64,000 nt of DNA from a virus: the IMG/VR virus record IMGVR_UViG_3300035663_000003, positions 1 to 64,000 of that record; one strand, given 5' to 3'. The first letter of the stretch is position 1. Each line of letters starts with the position of its first letter. This document shows, piece by piece, positions 28,402 through 37,470 of the stretch. The translations under genes and the position numbers were made by a program. The notes under the pieces were generated by a model. The model did no database searches and was not told the origin of the DNA. It saw only the letters and a program-made list of their open reading frames with translations.

Positions 28402-28842
28402 CTAATAAGTTTCAATTTGAATTTCGTAACTACCGTTATCTAACTTGCTACTAGACCACGCATATCCGTTTCTTTCAGCTTCTAGCGTTACAGCAGCTAA
28501 TCCATACTCTTGACAAAACTTCTCACCAGTAGCTCCTCCCATCGCTTGCTTTAAAGAGTGGTCATAGAAATCCCACAGGAGCTTGTACTCTTCTCCAACT
28601 TTTTTAAGTCCAAGCTCATACCCGCAGCCTGGCACTTTGATAGCGTGATCACACTTACCAAGGTCTTCTCGTTTAATTCCGTGGTTAAGTGCTGAATCGG
28701 CAGCGGTGTAGTCTCCCACCCATCTTCCGTACCACCTATAAGTGGTTTGACCTTCTTGAAAGGCCCAACCAAGGTTGGAGCAGAGCCTTTTAACGGCTTC
28801 TAAGTCCTTTATTTCGACAGATACTGTAACTACATGACTCAT
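28402..28842 (-). CDS. DUF1257 (Ycf35-like) protein
   Basis: MSHVVTVSVEIKDL.A.......LGW, YELGL, Y.LLWDFYD and QEY......EA...GY. Confidence 0.8.
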   Translation of the reverse strand: MSHVVTVSVEIKDLEAVKRLCSNLGWAFQEGQTTYRWYGRWVGDYTAADSALNHGIKREDLGKCDHAIKVPGCGYELGLKKVGEEYKLLWDFYDHSLKQAMGGATGEKFCQEYGLAAVTLEAERNGYAWSSSKLDNGSYEIQIETY

Positions 28843-29045
28843 AGATCACCTTTCCTTATTGCAATGGTACAATGTTATTCGGAATATGGAAGCTTATTTT
28901 TCCTCTTTTGTATTATTTTTTGATTACTTTTTCTTAACTTGTGATTACCAAAGGGTTTTTAATACTTACAAATTGTATAATAATTTGAAGAATTAATTTT
29001 TAAACCAACAACCTTGAAATAAAATTACTTTTTTAGAGATGTGAT

Positions 29046-29402
29046 CAGTTGTCACCACTTGTCACGCAGTTGACACACTGTTTTGTGACAGTGGTTTTTT
29101 ACGTAAATTATTGGTATATATAGATTTAAAAATTGAACGTTACCAGTGTCACACTTGTCACAATGAGAAAGATAAAGATAGTATTAAACAATAACCCTTA
29201 CACAACTCATATTAACAATATGTTAAAATAGGTAATATATTATTTAAAAATGGCTTTATATAGTATTCATTTATTATTATTATTACGTGACAAGTGTGAC
29301 AATTGGATTACTGATGATATAAGTAGTATTATTATAAGGACTTATTATCCTTAAGCAGTGTCACAAAAGCTGTGACAACAGCGTGACAACTGGTGACAAC
29401 CG
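29046..29402. repeat. Mirror-symmetric iteron array around an AT-rich core; putative replication origin
   Basis: 12 TGTCAC/GTGACA boxes (one with a mismatch) arranged symmetrically about position 29224. Confidence 0.75.
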
Positions 29403-29404
29403 AG

Positions 29405-30025
29405 TTAATTATCCGCAAACATTTCATCAGAAGGAGGAATTTTTTCCGAAAGACATTGCCAAAAGATTTCTTCTTTTTGCAACAGTGTCCGCAAACTATG
29501 TACTTCTGGATAAACACTGACCAATGCAAACCGCTCCCTGCGTGGTCGATCCGGAGAGTAAGACAAGTAGTGCAGGTGAGCAGCGCCCGTAACCAGCATT
29601 AAATGATTTAACTGCGGTATATATTTTGTTGGTACGTTTTGATCCAAAGCAGTCTGATGATCTTTTTCATTTGGACACTTTATTTCGAGAATTGTGCGAG
29701 ACGATGAAACCCAGCCATCCAAGCTTGCTTTCAACCAGTCCATATACGTGTGTACACAGCACAATGGTTCTACCTCACATCCAGTGAATTGGCGATACCA
29801 GGACCGTACATCCGGCTCCATAATCTGGCCTCTTCTCATTCGTTTGTTTTGCCATGGAGTAAAAGAAGGTGGTTTTAAACAACCCATCTTTTCTTTCCAT
29901 AGCTGCAAACGATCCCTGCCAAAATGCACTCCATTAGCAATTACCGGAGCATCCGAACTTCCAATCCCGGATTGTCTCCAGAGAAGCCACTCCGGGCTCC
30001 CCTGCTCTAGAGTGAGGACTCTCAA
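29405..30025 (-). CDS. YqaJ/lambda-Exo-type exonuclease
   Basis: QGSPEWL..R..GIGSSD, LKASLDG, ILEIKCP and Y.PQ. Probable TTG start overlapping the RHH stop. Confidence 0.9.
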   Translation of the reverse strand: MRVLTLEQGSPEWLLWRQSGIGSSDAPVIANGVHFGRDRLQLWKEKMGCLKPPSFTPWQNKRMRRGQIMEPDVRSWYRQFTGCEVEPLCCVHTYMDWLKASLDGWVSSSRTILEIKCPNEKDHQTALDQNVPTKYIPQLNHLMLVTGAAHLHYLSYSPDRPRRERFALVSVYPEVHSLRTLLQKEEIFWQCLSEKIPPSDEMFADN

Positions 30026-30363
30026 ATGGACTTGGTTATCGCTTCGATTTGTTCTTTGTGTTTCTGCATTGTTTCCAACAGACGTGGTAGTGATTCTTTC
30101 CAACATTGTTTGATTACTCCGCTGGGCTCGGTAGAGAAAAACTCACATAGCTTATCAATAAGCTTGAGCTCTTCTTTGGTAAAAACCACAGATATTGCCC
30201 CAGATCTTAAAGGAGTTTCATGGCCATGTTCTAACCAATGCTCAAGTGCTTCTCGCACTACAGATGCAAAACTTTTACCACTGCTTTCAGCAACAGAGTC
30301 AAGACGCTCTGCTACAGAAGTGTTTAAAACAAGTGACCGTTTTACAAAATCTTTAGCTGGCAT
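30022..30363 (-). CDS. Ribbon-helix-helix regulator (two RHH-like units)
   Basis: SLVL....AERLDSVA..SGKS.ASVVREALE and ISVVFT.EELKLIDKLC......SGVIK. Confidence 0.7.
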   Translation of the reverse strand: MPAKDFVKRSLVLNTSVAERLDSVAESSGKSFASVVREALEHWLEHGHETPLRSGAISVVFTKEELKLIDKLCEFFSTEPSGVIKQCWKESLPRLLETMQKHKEQIEAITKSI

Positions 30364-30544
30364 AATAAAAAAATCTCAAAAACATTTATGAGGGGGGCGT
30401 TACCTACATAAATAGTATAGACGATTTATTTAGAAGTGTCTATAAATATCTCAAGCTCTGTTCGGAACTTTCGTGATTTTTGATTTTTTGTTCTTGACTT
30501 TTCACCCAGACTGCCTTAAAAATATATAAGGCAAGGAGCCCAAC

Positions 30545-30769
30545 ATGAATCATTTTAAGCAAAACACATCAGAACAAGACTCGCTTCAGAAAGGTTTCTT
30601 TTTTGAAGAAGTGGTTGAATTGATGGGATTAGAGGTAAGTCCCGCGATGATTGAAAAAGCCATACTGTGGCATCTTCAAAGGTTGAAACCCTCTACAAGA
30701 GTTCAGATTGTTTCTGATTATTTGTCCTTTCATTCAGCAGTTTTAGAGGCTAAAGAAAAAGATGAGTGA
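30545..30769 (+). CDS. Hypothetical protein, first gene of the rightward operon
   Basis: AAGGAG RBS. TTGACT box upstream at 30494. Confidence 0.55.
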   Translation: MNHFKQNTSEQDSLQKGFFFEEVVELMGLEVSPAMIEKAILWHLQRLKPSTRVQIVSDYLSFHSAVLEAKEKDE

Positions 30770-31532
30770 AGTAATAACCCTATCAAATGGACAAAATTCC
30801 ATAGTCAGATCGCCAAACATGACTACGTATGGAGCTTGCGATGATATCGCAATGATTGAAAAAACAGCACAACACTTCTTAACCAGTGGTTTATTTAAAG
30901 ATTTAAGAAGTGTATCTCAAGCTGTAGTCAAGATCCTTAAAGGTAGAGAACTTGGCATTGGGCCTTACAGTTCTATTGATTGCATTAATGTGATTCAGGG
31001 AAAACTAGTAATTAATGCAAACCTGCTTGCAGCCTTGATTCGAAAAAGCAGGGTGTACGATTACGAGATTGTAGAACTTACTCCTAAGTGCTGCTCTATT
31101 GTAATAACTAAAGACAAAAAGCCTTTAACTCCTACACATACTTTTAGTATTGAAGACGCTACAGCAGCCGGTTTAACACGTAATCAAACCTATAAAGCAT
31201 ACCCCCGCAACATGCTTTTTGCACGGTGCATTAGTAATGCTTCTCGTTTTCATTGTCCTGACGTAACACATGGAGTTTACGTTCCAGAAGATTTCCCCGA
31301 TTTTGAAACACCTCAAAATTACGAAATGGCAATTAGTCCTACAGAACAAGACAAGATTTCTACGGCAGAAATCGTAGACGATAATGTTGAGTATTTAATG
31401 ACAATTACAAACACTACTTTAGAAAGTTTAAACAGTTCTCTTTCAATGTCATTTGCCTCAATATCTGATATTGCAGCAGAACCTTTTGCAGTGTCATATC
31501 TAAAAACTAAGAAAGAAGCTTTGGGAAAATAA
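30762..31532 (+). CDS. Single-strand annealing protein (RecT/Redbeta-like)
   Basis: G.ELGIGP, I.VIQGK, F..EDA..AGL and YP.NML.AR..S...R..CPDV..GVY..E. Confidence 0.7.
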   Translation: MSEVITLSNGQNSIVRSPNMTTYGACDDIAMIEKTAQHFLTSGLFKDLRSVSQAVVKILKGRELGIGPYSSIDCINVIQGKLVINANLLAALIRKSRVYDYEIVELTPKCCSIVITKDKKPLTPTHTFSIEDATAAGLTRNQTYKAYPRNMLFARCISNASRFHCPDVTHGVYVPEDFPDFETPQNYEMAISPTEQDKISTAEIVDDNVEYLMTITNTTLESLNSSLSMSFASISDIAAEPFAVSYLKTKKEALGK

Positions 31533-31549
31533 AATAACAAGGAAGTTAT

Positions 31550-31930
31550 ATGGAAAATTTTAGCACTGGATCACGAAGAGATAGTAGAGATGGAAAAGGC
31601 CGATACGATCTTATTCCGTGGATTGTAATTTCACAATTAAGTAAACGTTTTGAATCTGGTGCTCAACTGTATGGAGACAGGAATTGGGAAAAAGGTCAGC
31701 CTCTTGGCCGATATTTAGATTCCGCGCTTCGTCATCTCTTCCAGTTTTTAGAAGGTGAAATTAACGAAGACCACGGCATAGCCTCAATTTGGAACTTAAT
31801 AGCATTGATGGCAACCCTGCAAAAAATAAAAGACGGCGAGCTTCCAGAAAGCTTAGACGATCTTGAAATACTTAGAAAACAAAAATCTAAGATTTCAAAA
31901 GAAGTGACAGCAAATGACAGCCCACGTTAG
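31550..31930 (+). CDS. dATP/dGTP diphosphohydrolase-like protein (DUF5664-like)
   Basis: GKGRYDLIP, GA..YGDRNWEKG, YLDSALRHL and EDH. Confidence 0.8.
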   Translation: MENFSTGSRRDSRDGKGRYDLIPWIVISQLSKRFESGAQLYGDRNWEKGQPLGRYLDSALRHLFQFLEGEINEDHGIASIWNLIALMATLQKIKDGELPESLDDLEILRKQKSKISKEVTANDSPR

Positions 31931-32040
31931 TAGTGCTAGAAAATTTTTAATCTTTTTGTTTGGGTAATCCCAAGTTAGTCGTTGGGAGGAATGGTCGGGA
32001 ATTGTTTTCCCGGCCTATCTCTCACTTAGGAGTTTTTATT

Positions 32041-32556
32041 ATGTCTATGTACGATGCCAATAGCCTGTACCACGGCACAATCACTGGTCAGGAACTTTGT
32101 TCAACTCGAGATCAAGATCCACAATTAAGGATCACTGTATCTCTTACACACAAGCTACGTTCTAAAAACGAAGCAGATGGCATGGATGAACTTCCCGAAG
32201 AAGCTCAACTTACTAAAACCATCTACTACAATTTCAAACCTAACATGGATCAACTGGAACGTAACTTCCGTGACCTTCGTAACTTTGGTTTGACCTCCCC
32301 TTCTATTGAGTTGTTTAACCTTGACCACCCTAAGGCTATCAACCTTGCTGGTAAAACCGTAACACTCAAGCCTCGTTTTAGTGACGACCCTCGCGGTGGC
32401 CCTAAAAAAGATTGGTGGAACATTGTGTTTCCAGCAGCAAGAGCTCCAAAGATTTCTTTAGATGCAATTGCTAAATACAAGGTAGATAACGAGAGCGTAC
32501 TTAAAGCTGCGTATCAACAATCTGTAGAAGCTCGTCAGGACAAAGTTCCTTTCTAG
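32041..32556 (+). CDS. Putative ssDNA-binding protein
   Basis: AGGAG RBS. OB-like beta pattern, C-terminal ..VPF, located in the replication operon. Confidence 0.55.
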   Translation: MSMYDANSLYHGTITGQELCSTRDQDPQLRITVSLTHKLRSKNEADGMDELPEEAQLTKTIYYNFKPNMDQLERNFRDLRNFGLTSPSIELFNLDHPKAINLAGKTVTLKPRFSDDPRGGPKKDWWNIVFPAARAPKISLDAIAKYKVDNESVLKAAYQQSVEARQDKVPF

Positions 32557-32576
32557 TTTTATAGTTCACGCTTGGT

Positions 32577-32610
32577 ATCCCCTGCCTGTGTACGGTGGGG
32601 GATTTTTTTT
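32577..32610 (+). terminator. Intrinsic terminator between SSB and primase
   Basis: ATCCCCTGCC/GGTGGGGGAT stem (two GU pairs) followed by a T-run. Confidence 0.7.
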
Positions 32611-32628
32611 ATGCAGAGAGGCCCAACC

Positions 32629-35199
32629 ATGTCATCTGTTCCAGAAATACCCGATTATGTTTTACAAGTATTAGCCCGATTTGGGCCCATTCAACGAGAG
32701 AGTGACGGCTGGATTTTTCCTTGCCCTTGCACATCTCACAGTGGTAAAGGCATAGATAAGAATCCTTCACTAAGAGTTACTATTGGAGATGAAGGAAAAA
32801 TTATTGTTTATTGTCGTACTGGTTGTTCTACGCAAGATGTCTTATCTTCTGTAAATCTTTCATTTGCAGATCTATACTGCCCTGCTGGAGAAGAACCTGC
32901 TACAGCACTTTTGTTTAATAACACCAATCAAAATACAGGACCTAAGCCTCTTGAGCTTTGGAATGAAGTTTACTCTGATGTAATTAATCTTTGCTCTCTT
33001 CACGATTCTCATGCAGAAGATTTAGGAAAACGTGGCATTGATCTTTCATTAGCTCAAGGTTTGCAATACAGATCTTTGCTTACAACATACGACGAAACTT
33101 CTTTACTTAACAAACTAAACAAAAAGTACGGTACAAGCCTTTTACAAGTACCAGGATTTCGCTCGTGCAAAGAAAATGAAGGGTATTGTCAGTTTGCTAT
33201 TAATCCCAAAGGCTTGCTTATTCCTATTCGAGATCTTAACGGCAACATCATGGGCATGAAAACCCGCAGGCCGTTTGCTCCCAAGTATATTATTTGGTCA
33301 AGTAGAGAAGGTGTAAGTGCGGGAACACCCGTACATTGCCCCCTGTCACCACCAACAAACACCACAACTGTAAGAATCACTGAAGGGGAAATTAAATCTG
33401 ACTTAGCTTGGAGGAAAAGCGGAGTTTACACTATATCTATTCCCGGTGTAGGAGCGTGGCTTTCAGCTCTTCCTGTTTTAGAAAACCTTAATGTTAAAAA
33501 AGCACTCCTTTCTTTTGATTACCCTGACGTAGTTTCAAAGAATGGAGTAGCTAGACTTTTAAGACTTTTTGCAGAAACGCTTCTTTCTAAAGGATATGAA
33601 ATTGGGTTTGAAACGTGGGATACTCTTGATCCCGCAAATAAAGGAATTGATGATATTTTAGTAGCAGGCTTAACCCCCACCGTTTTTTGGGGTGAGGAAG
33701 CTATATCTAAAATCCGTGAAATTCATTCTGGGGAGTCTTTACCTCTAAATTTTTTCGATCCAGGGGAACCAGAACCATTTCCAATGGACGTGTTCCCGCC
33801 TATTCTTAGAGAGTTTATTAATCAACACTCACAATCTATTCAATGCCCCGAAGACTTTATGGCGACGGCTATGCTTGCTGTAGCAGCTCGATGTCTTGGA
33901 ACTTCAAGGTCTATTCAGTTAGATAGCAAATGGACAGAGCTTGCTAATCAATACTTTTGCATTGTAGCACCTCCGTCTTCTGGAAAGTCTCCTGCAGCAA
34001 AGCGTGTACTCTCCCCGATAAGAAGGATGCAAAAAGAAGATGCTAACCGTTACGAAAACGAAATGTCTTTATTTGGAAGAGATCTTGTTGATTGGAGAGA
34101 AGAAGTTAAACAAGCTAGGCGTAACGGAACAGAAATCCCAGACGCTCCTTCACGCCCTAGGCCTATTACTCATTACTGGGTTTCAGATATTACGGTTGAA
34201 ACTGTAGCAAAACGTCTACATGACAACGGTCATAACACCCGTAACGATCCATCGATGTTGTACTTTAGAGATGAAATCTTAGCTTGGATTAAAAGTCTAA
34301 ATCAATACCGTGGTGGTAAAGGTGGTGACAAAGAATTCTTTCTTTCTACATGGTCGAATGAAGACGTTAAAGTAGATCGTAAAACAGATAATGAAACTCT
34401 TATAATATCTTGTCCAGCTCTTACAGTATTAGGAGGTATTCAGCCCGACTTACTTTCAGAGCTTACTAACGACTGCGGAAAAGATGACGGGTTCTTTGCT
34501 AGGCTTTTGTTCTCCTTCCCTAACACAATGCTTGGTTTTGACCCCGTCTCTTCTTTTAATCCAGACAACGATTTAGAAGAAGCTTGGGAAACAGTAAGCA
34601 GGCGGTTGTTATCTTTGTGCCCAATAGAAGCTCCTAATCAAAGTCCAGATGCTATTACAAAGTTATATCAACCAAAAGCTATACCGCTTTCTCCAGAAGC
34701 AAGACAGGTTTGGAATCAGTGGCATCAACAAGAAAATGCTCTTATACGTAATCCAAATTTTCCACCGCAGTATTTAAGTGCGTGGGGAAAACATAGAGCT
34801 ATCTTAGCTAGGTTTGCGTTAGTAATGCACTACTTACACGGAGCATCTCTTCCTGTTGGTGATTATGATATCGACCAACCTATTACAGCCCCTGCAATGC
34901 AGTGCGCCATAAAAGTTTTAGATTATTTTAGGTCACATTATCAAAGGGTTTTAAAAAGAATTAATTACACTCCGAATGAACGCAAGTTAGAAAACTTTAT
35001 TAAGCATGTAATTACTCATCATAAAGGTTGCATTTCTTACAGAGACATCTATCGACAAAGATTGTTTGAATGTAAAGGACGTGAAGATGCTGAAGATCTT
35101 TGCAAGCTTGCTGTAGATCGTGGATTTGGAATGATTGAAAAAATTAGCAGAACACTTGGTGGTACACCTACTTACGTTTTCATTGTACAAAATAGCTAG
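32629..35199 (+). CDS. Primase-helicase-like protein (Zn finger + TOPRIM + DUF3987-like P-loop domain)
   Basis: CPC..H....D.NPSL, C..GC, ITEGEIK, FD.D, KGIDD, APPSSGKS, RDE, GGIQP and DDGFFAR. Confidence 0.85.
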   Translation: MSSVPEIPDYVLQVLARFGPIQRESDGWIFPCPCTSHSGKGIDKNPSLRVTIGDEGKIIVYCRTGCSTQDVLSSVNLSFADLYCPAGEEPATALLFNNTNQNTGPKPLELWNEVYSDVINLCSLHDSHAEDLGKRGIDLSLAQGLQYRSLLTTYDETSLLNKLNKKYGTSLLQVPGFRSCKENEGYCQFAINPKGLLIPIRDLNGNIMGMKTRRPFAPKYIIWSSREGVSAGTPVHCPLSPPTNTTTVRITEGEIKSDLAWRKSGVYTISIPGVGAWLSALPVLENLNVKKALLSFDYPDVVSKNGVARLLRLFAETLLSKGYEIGFETWDTLDPANKGIDDILVAGLTPTVFWGEEAISKIREIHSGESLPLNFFDPGEPEPFPMDVFPPILREFINQHSQSIQCPEDFMATAMLAVAARCLGTSRSIQLDSKWTELANQYFCIVAPPSSGKSPAAKRVLSPIRRMQKEDANRYENEMSLFGRDLVDWREEVKQARRNGTEIPDAPSRPRPITHYWVSDITVETVAKRLHDNGHNTRNDPSMLYFRDEILAWIKSLNQYRGGKGGDKEFFLSTWSNEDVKVDRKTDNETLIISCPALTVLGGIQPDLLSELTNDCGKDDGFFARLLFSFPNTMLGFDPVSSFNPDNDLEEAWETVSRRLLSLCPIEAPNQSPDAITKLYQPKAIPLSPEARQVWNQWHQQENALIRNPNFPPQYLSAWGKHRAILARFALVMHYLHGASLPVGDYDIDQPITAPAMQCAIKVLDYFRSHYQRVLKRINYTPNERKLENFIKHVITHHKGCISYRDIYRQRLFECKGREDAEDLCKLAVDRGFGMIEKISRTLGGTPTYVFIVQNS

Positions 35200-35207
35200 G
35201 AGAGCTT

Positions 35208-37382
35208 ATGCAAGAACTATTTAACACCCCTTATACTTTTGGATGGAATGGGAAAATTCTTGAAGAAAAGATTTTAGGTTTAGATACTGAAACAGTTTTA
35301 ATTCAATCTAAAGAAGATAACCCAAAGATTGTCTTAGCTACAGTTTCTGATGGAAAGTCTACAATAATACTTCGTCCTTATGAAGTAGACTCTTTTTTTG
35401 CAGCTCATACCAGCCACACTTTTGTTTGCCACAACGCTGCTTTTGACTTTTGGGTTTTAGAACAAGTAACCCCTCGCGTTTGGAATCTTGTAGAATCTAA
35501 CCGTTTGCATGACACTATGTTTTTAGACATGCTTATTCGTCTAGCTACTGGCTTAGGAGAATCTAAAGCAGGCTCTTCTGAAGGTATGCTTTTTCCTCAA
35601 AACTTAGGAAAGCTTTGTTCTCAATACGCTAAAGAATTAAACATATCTTTTACAGTAGACAAAGAATCTCCTTACCGACTTAGGTTTGGAGAACTTTTAG
35701 AAGTCGAAGATTGGACTAAAGTTGACCAAGGATTTTTTGATTACGCTGCATCAGACTCCGCAGCAACTCAAAAGATATACAAACTTTTGTATCAAAAGGC
35801 TTTAGACTTATCTCATGAGTTTGGAATATCGGATAGTAAAATAAAAGAGTACGGACCTTTAACTCATCACATTCAAGTTAAAGCAGCTATAGCTCTTTTA
35901 AAAATCACTCGCAATGGAATAGGTTTTAACCCCGGTAAAGTTAATCTTCAAGAACTATCTATTAGGGAAGGAATTAAAAACGACATTGCATCTTTAGATC
36001 AAGAGTACCCTACTCTTTTTCAAAGATACTCTAAGAGAATGGGAGGTGGATTAAAGTATACAGAAAAATCTCATCTCCCTTCTATGAGTACAAAAGTTCT
36101 TCGTGGTCTTCTTTCTGAAGTATGTTTAAATAATGGTATTCCTTTACCTTTATCAGAAGGTAAAACTTCAGGTCTTGTTTCTCTTTCAACTTCAGACTGG
36201 GAACCTTATAAAGAATACAATCCACTTATTAAAAAATTCTTAGGTCTTAATAGCACTTCTAAGTTATTATCGTTTTTTAACATCTTTCAAGAAAGCACTA
36301 CAGAAAGAATACACCCCAGCTATCAAGTGCTTATGCGTACTGGAAGAACCAGTTCTTCTAAACCTAACATTCAACAAATGCCTGGAGATAAATCTTTCAG
36401 ATCTTTGTTTGTTCCCCGCAGTGGAAAAAAGTTTGCAGTGATTGACTACGCATTTATTGAGCTACGAACACTTGCAGCTATTTGTGAAGATCGTTTCGGA
36501 ACGTCTGTTCTTGCAGATACAATTCGTAAAGGCATAGACCCTCACGTATATACTGCTGCAATGATTCAAGGGATAACTCTTGAAGAGTTTCAAAAGTTAA
36601 AAGAAACAAATCCCGTAAGTTTTAAAACATTTCGTCAAGCAGCCAAGGCTCTAAATTTTGGAATCCCAGGAGGTTTAGGAGCAGCCTCTTTAGCTGATTA
36701 CGCTAAAGCTTCTTACGGTGTAAGCATGACAAAAGAAGAAGCTTCCGCGTTTAGAAAAAAACTGATCTATCAGATTTACCCTGAGATTGGAAAGTATCTT
36801 TCAGACTCTATTTTAGAAGACCTTGCCTATAACCTTATGGTTCCAGTAGAAGTTTTAGAAGGGCCTTTACTTAAGATAAGTAAAAACATTCCAATGGCAG
36901 CAATCATGCTTTCAAATGCAGCAAGGTTAAAAAACAAAAACGAGTTTCGATATGAACCTAAGATGTGGGATACTTGCTGGGAAGTAATGACAGATCTTTT
37001 AAAACTAAGTTTTAAAAACTTTGACCATCTATTAGAAAACAGCAAACTCAAAACAGGTGGCATGGATTTTCATTACGAACTTTTCTCTACTAACGCAATT
37101 ACCATGACAGGAAGAGTTCGAGGAGGATGCACTTACACTCAAGCTCGTAACACACCTTTTCAAAGCCTTGCAGCCGATGGAGCTAAGAGAGCTCTTTGGA
37201 GACTAGTTCGTGAAAAGTTTTATCCCGTGGCATTTGTTCACGATGAAATTGTTCTAGAAGTTTCCAACACGGAAGAGGCTAATCATGCAAAGTTTATTAT
37301 GGAAGAAGAAATGTTCTTCGCAATGGATAAAAAAGTTCCCGTGGAATGCTCTCTCTCCCTTTGTGATTACTGGGAAAAGTAA
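35208..37382 (+). CDS. polA: Family A DNA polymerase with 3'-5' exonuclease
   Basis: LDTET, HNAAFD, YAASD, TGRTSSSKPNIQQ, DYAFIELR, RQAAKALNFG and VHDE. Confidence 0.95.
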   Translation: MQELFNTPYTFGWNGKILEEKILGLDTETVLIQSKEDNPKIVLATVSDGKSTIILRPYEVDSFFAAHTSHTFVCHNAAFDFWVLEQVTPRVWNLVESNRLHDTMFLDMLIRLATGLGESKAGSSEGMLFPQNLGKLCSQYAKELNISFTVDKESPYRLRFGELLEVEDWTKVDQGFFDYAASDSAATQKIYKLLYQKALDLSHEFGISDSKIKEYGPLTHHIQVKAAIALLKITRNGIGFNPGKVNLQELSIREGIKNDIASLDQEYPTLFQRYSKRMGGGLKYTEKSHLPSMSTKVLRGLLSEVCLNNGIPLPLSEGKTSGLVSLSTSDWEPYKEYNPLIKKFLGLNSTSKLLSFFNIFQESTTERIHPSYQVLMRTGRTSSSKPNIQQMPGDKSFRSLFVPRSGKKFAVIDYAFIELRTLAAICEDRFGTSVLADTIRKGIDPHVYTAAMIQGITLEEFQKLKETNPVSFKTFRQAAKALNFGIPGGLGAASLADYAKASYGVSMTKEEASAFRKKLIYQIYPEIGKYLSDSILEDLAYNLMVPVEVLEGPLLKISKNIPMAAIMLSNAARLKNKNEFRYEPKMWDTCWEVMTDLLKLSFKNFDHLLENSKLKTGGMDFHYELFSTNAITMTGRVRGGCTYTQARNTPFQSLAADGAKRALWRLVREKFYPVAFVHDEIVLEVSNTEEANHAKFIMEEEMFFAMDKKVPVECSLSLCDYWEK

Positions 37383-37417
37383 TTCAAATAAAAATAAGAA
37401 CAATTCCGAAAATAAGA

Positions 37418-37446
37418 TTGACAAATCATACAAATCATTATTTAAT
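37418..37446 (+). promoter_or_regulatory. sigma70-like promoter
   Basis: TTGACA-17 bp-TTTAAT upstream of the RNR gene. Confidence 0.65.
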
Positions 37447-37470
37447 GATAATACAACAGGAAGGAATCCT

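Noticed and set aside
29046-29402. MITE/IS ends or CRISPR
   Set aside because: Internal iteron pairs and an AT-rich core, with no transposase, target duplication or regular spacers. The short ORFs overlapping it are shadows.
31550-31930. 2-aminoadenine (Z) genome pathway
   Set aside because: No PurZ/adenylosuccinate-synthetase homologue in the window. This hydrolase family also occurs in phages without that pathway.
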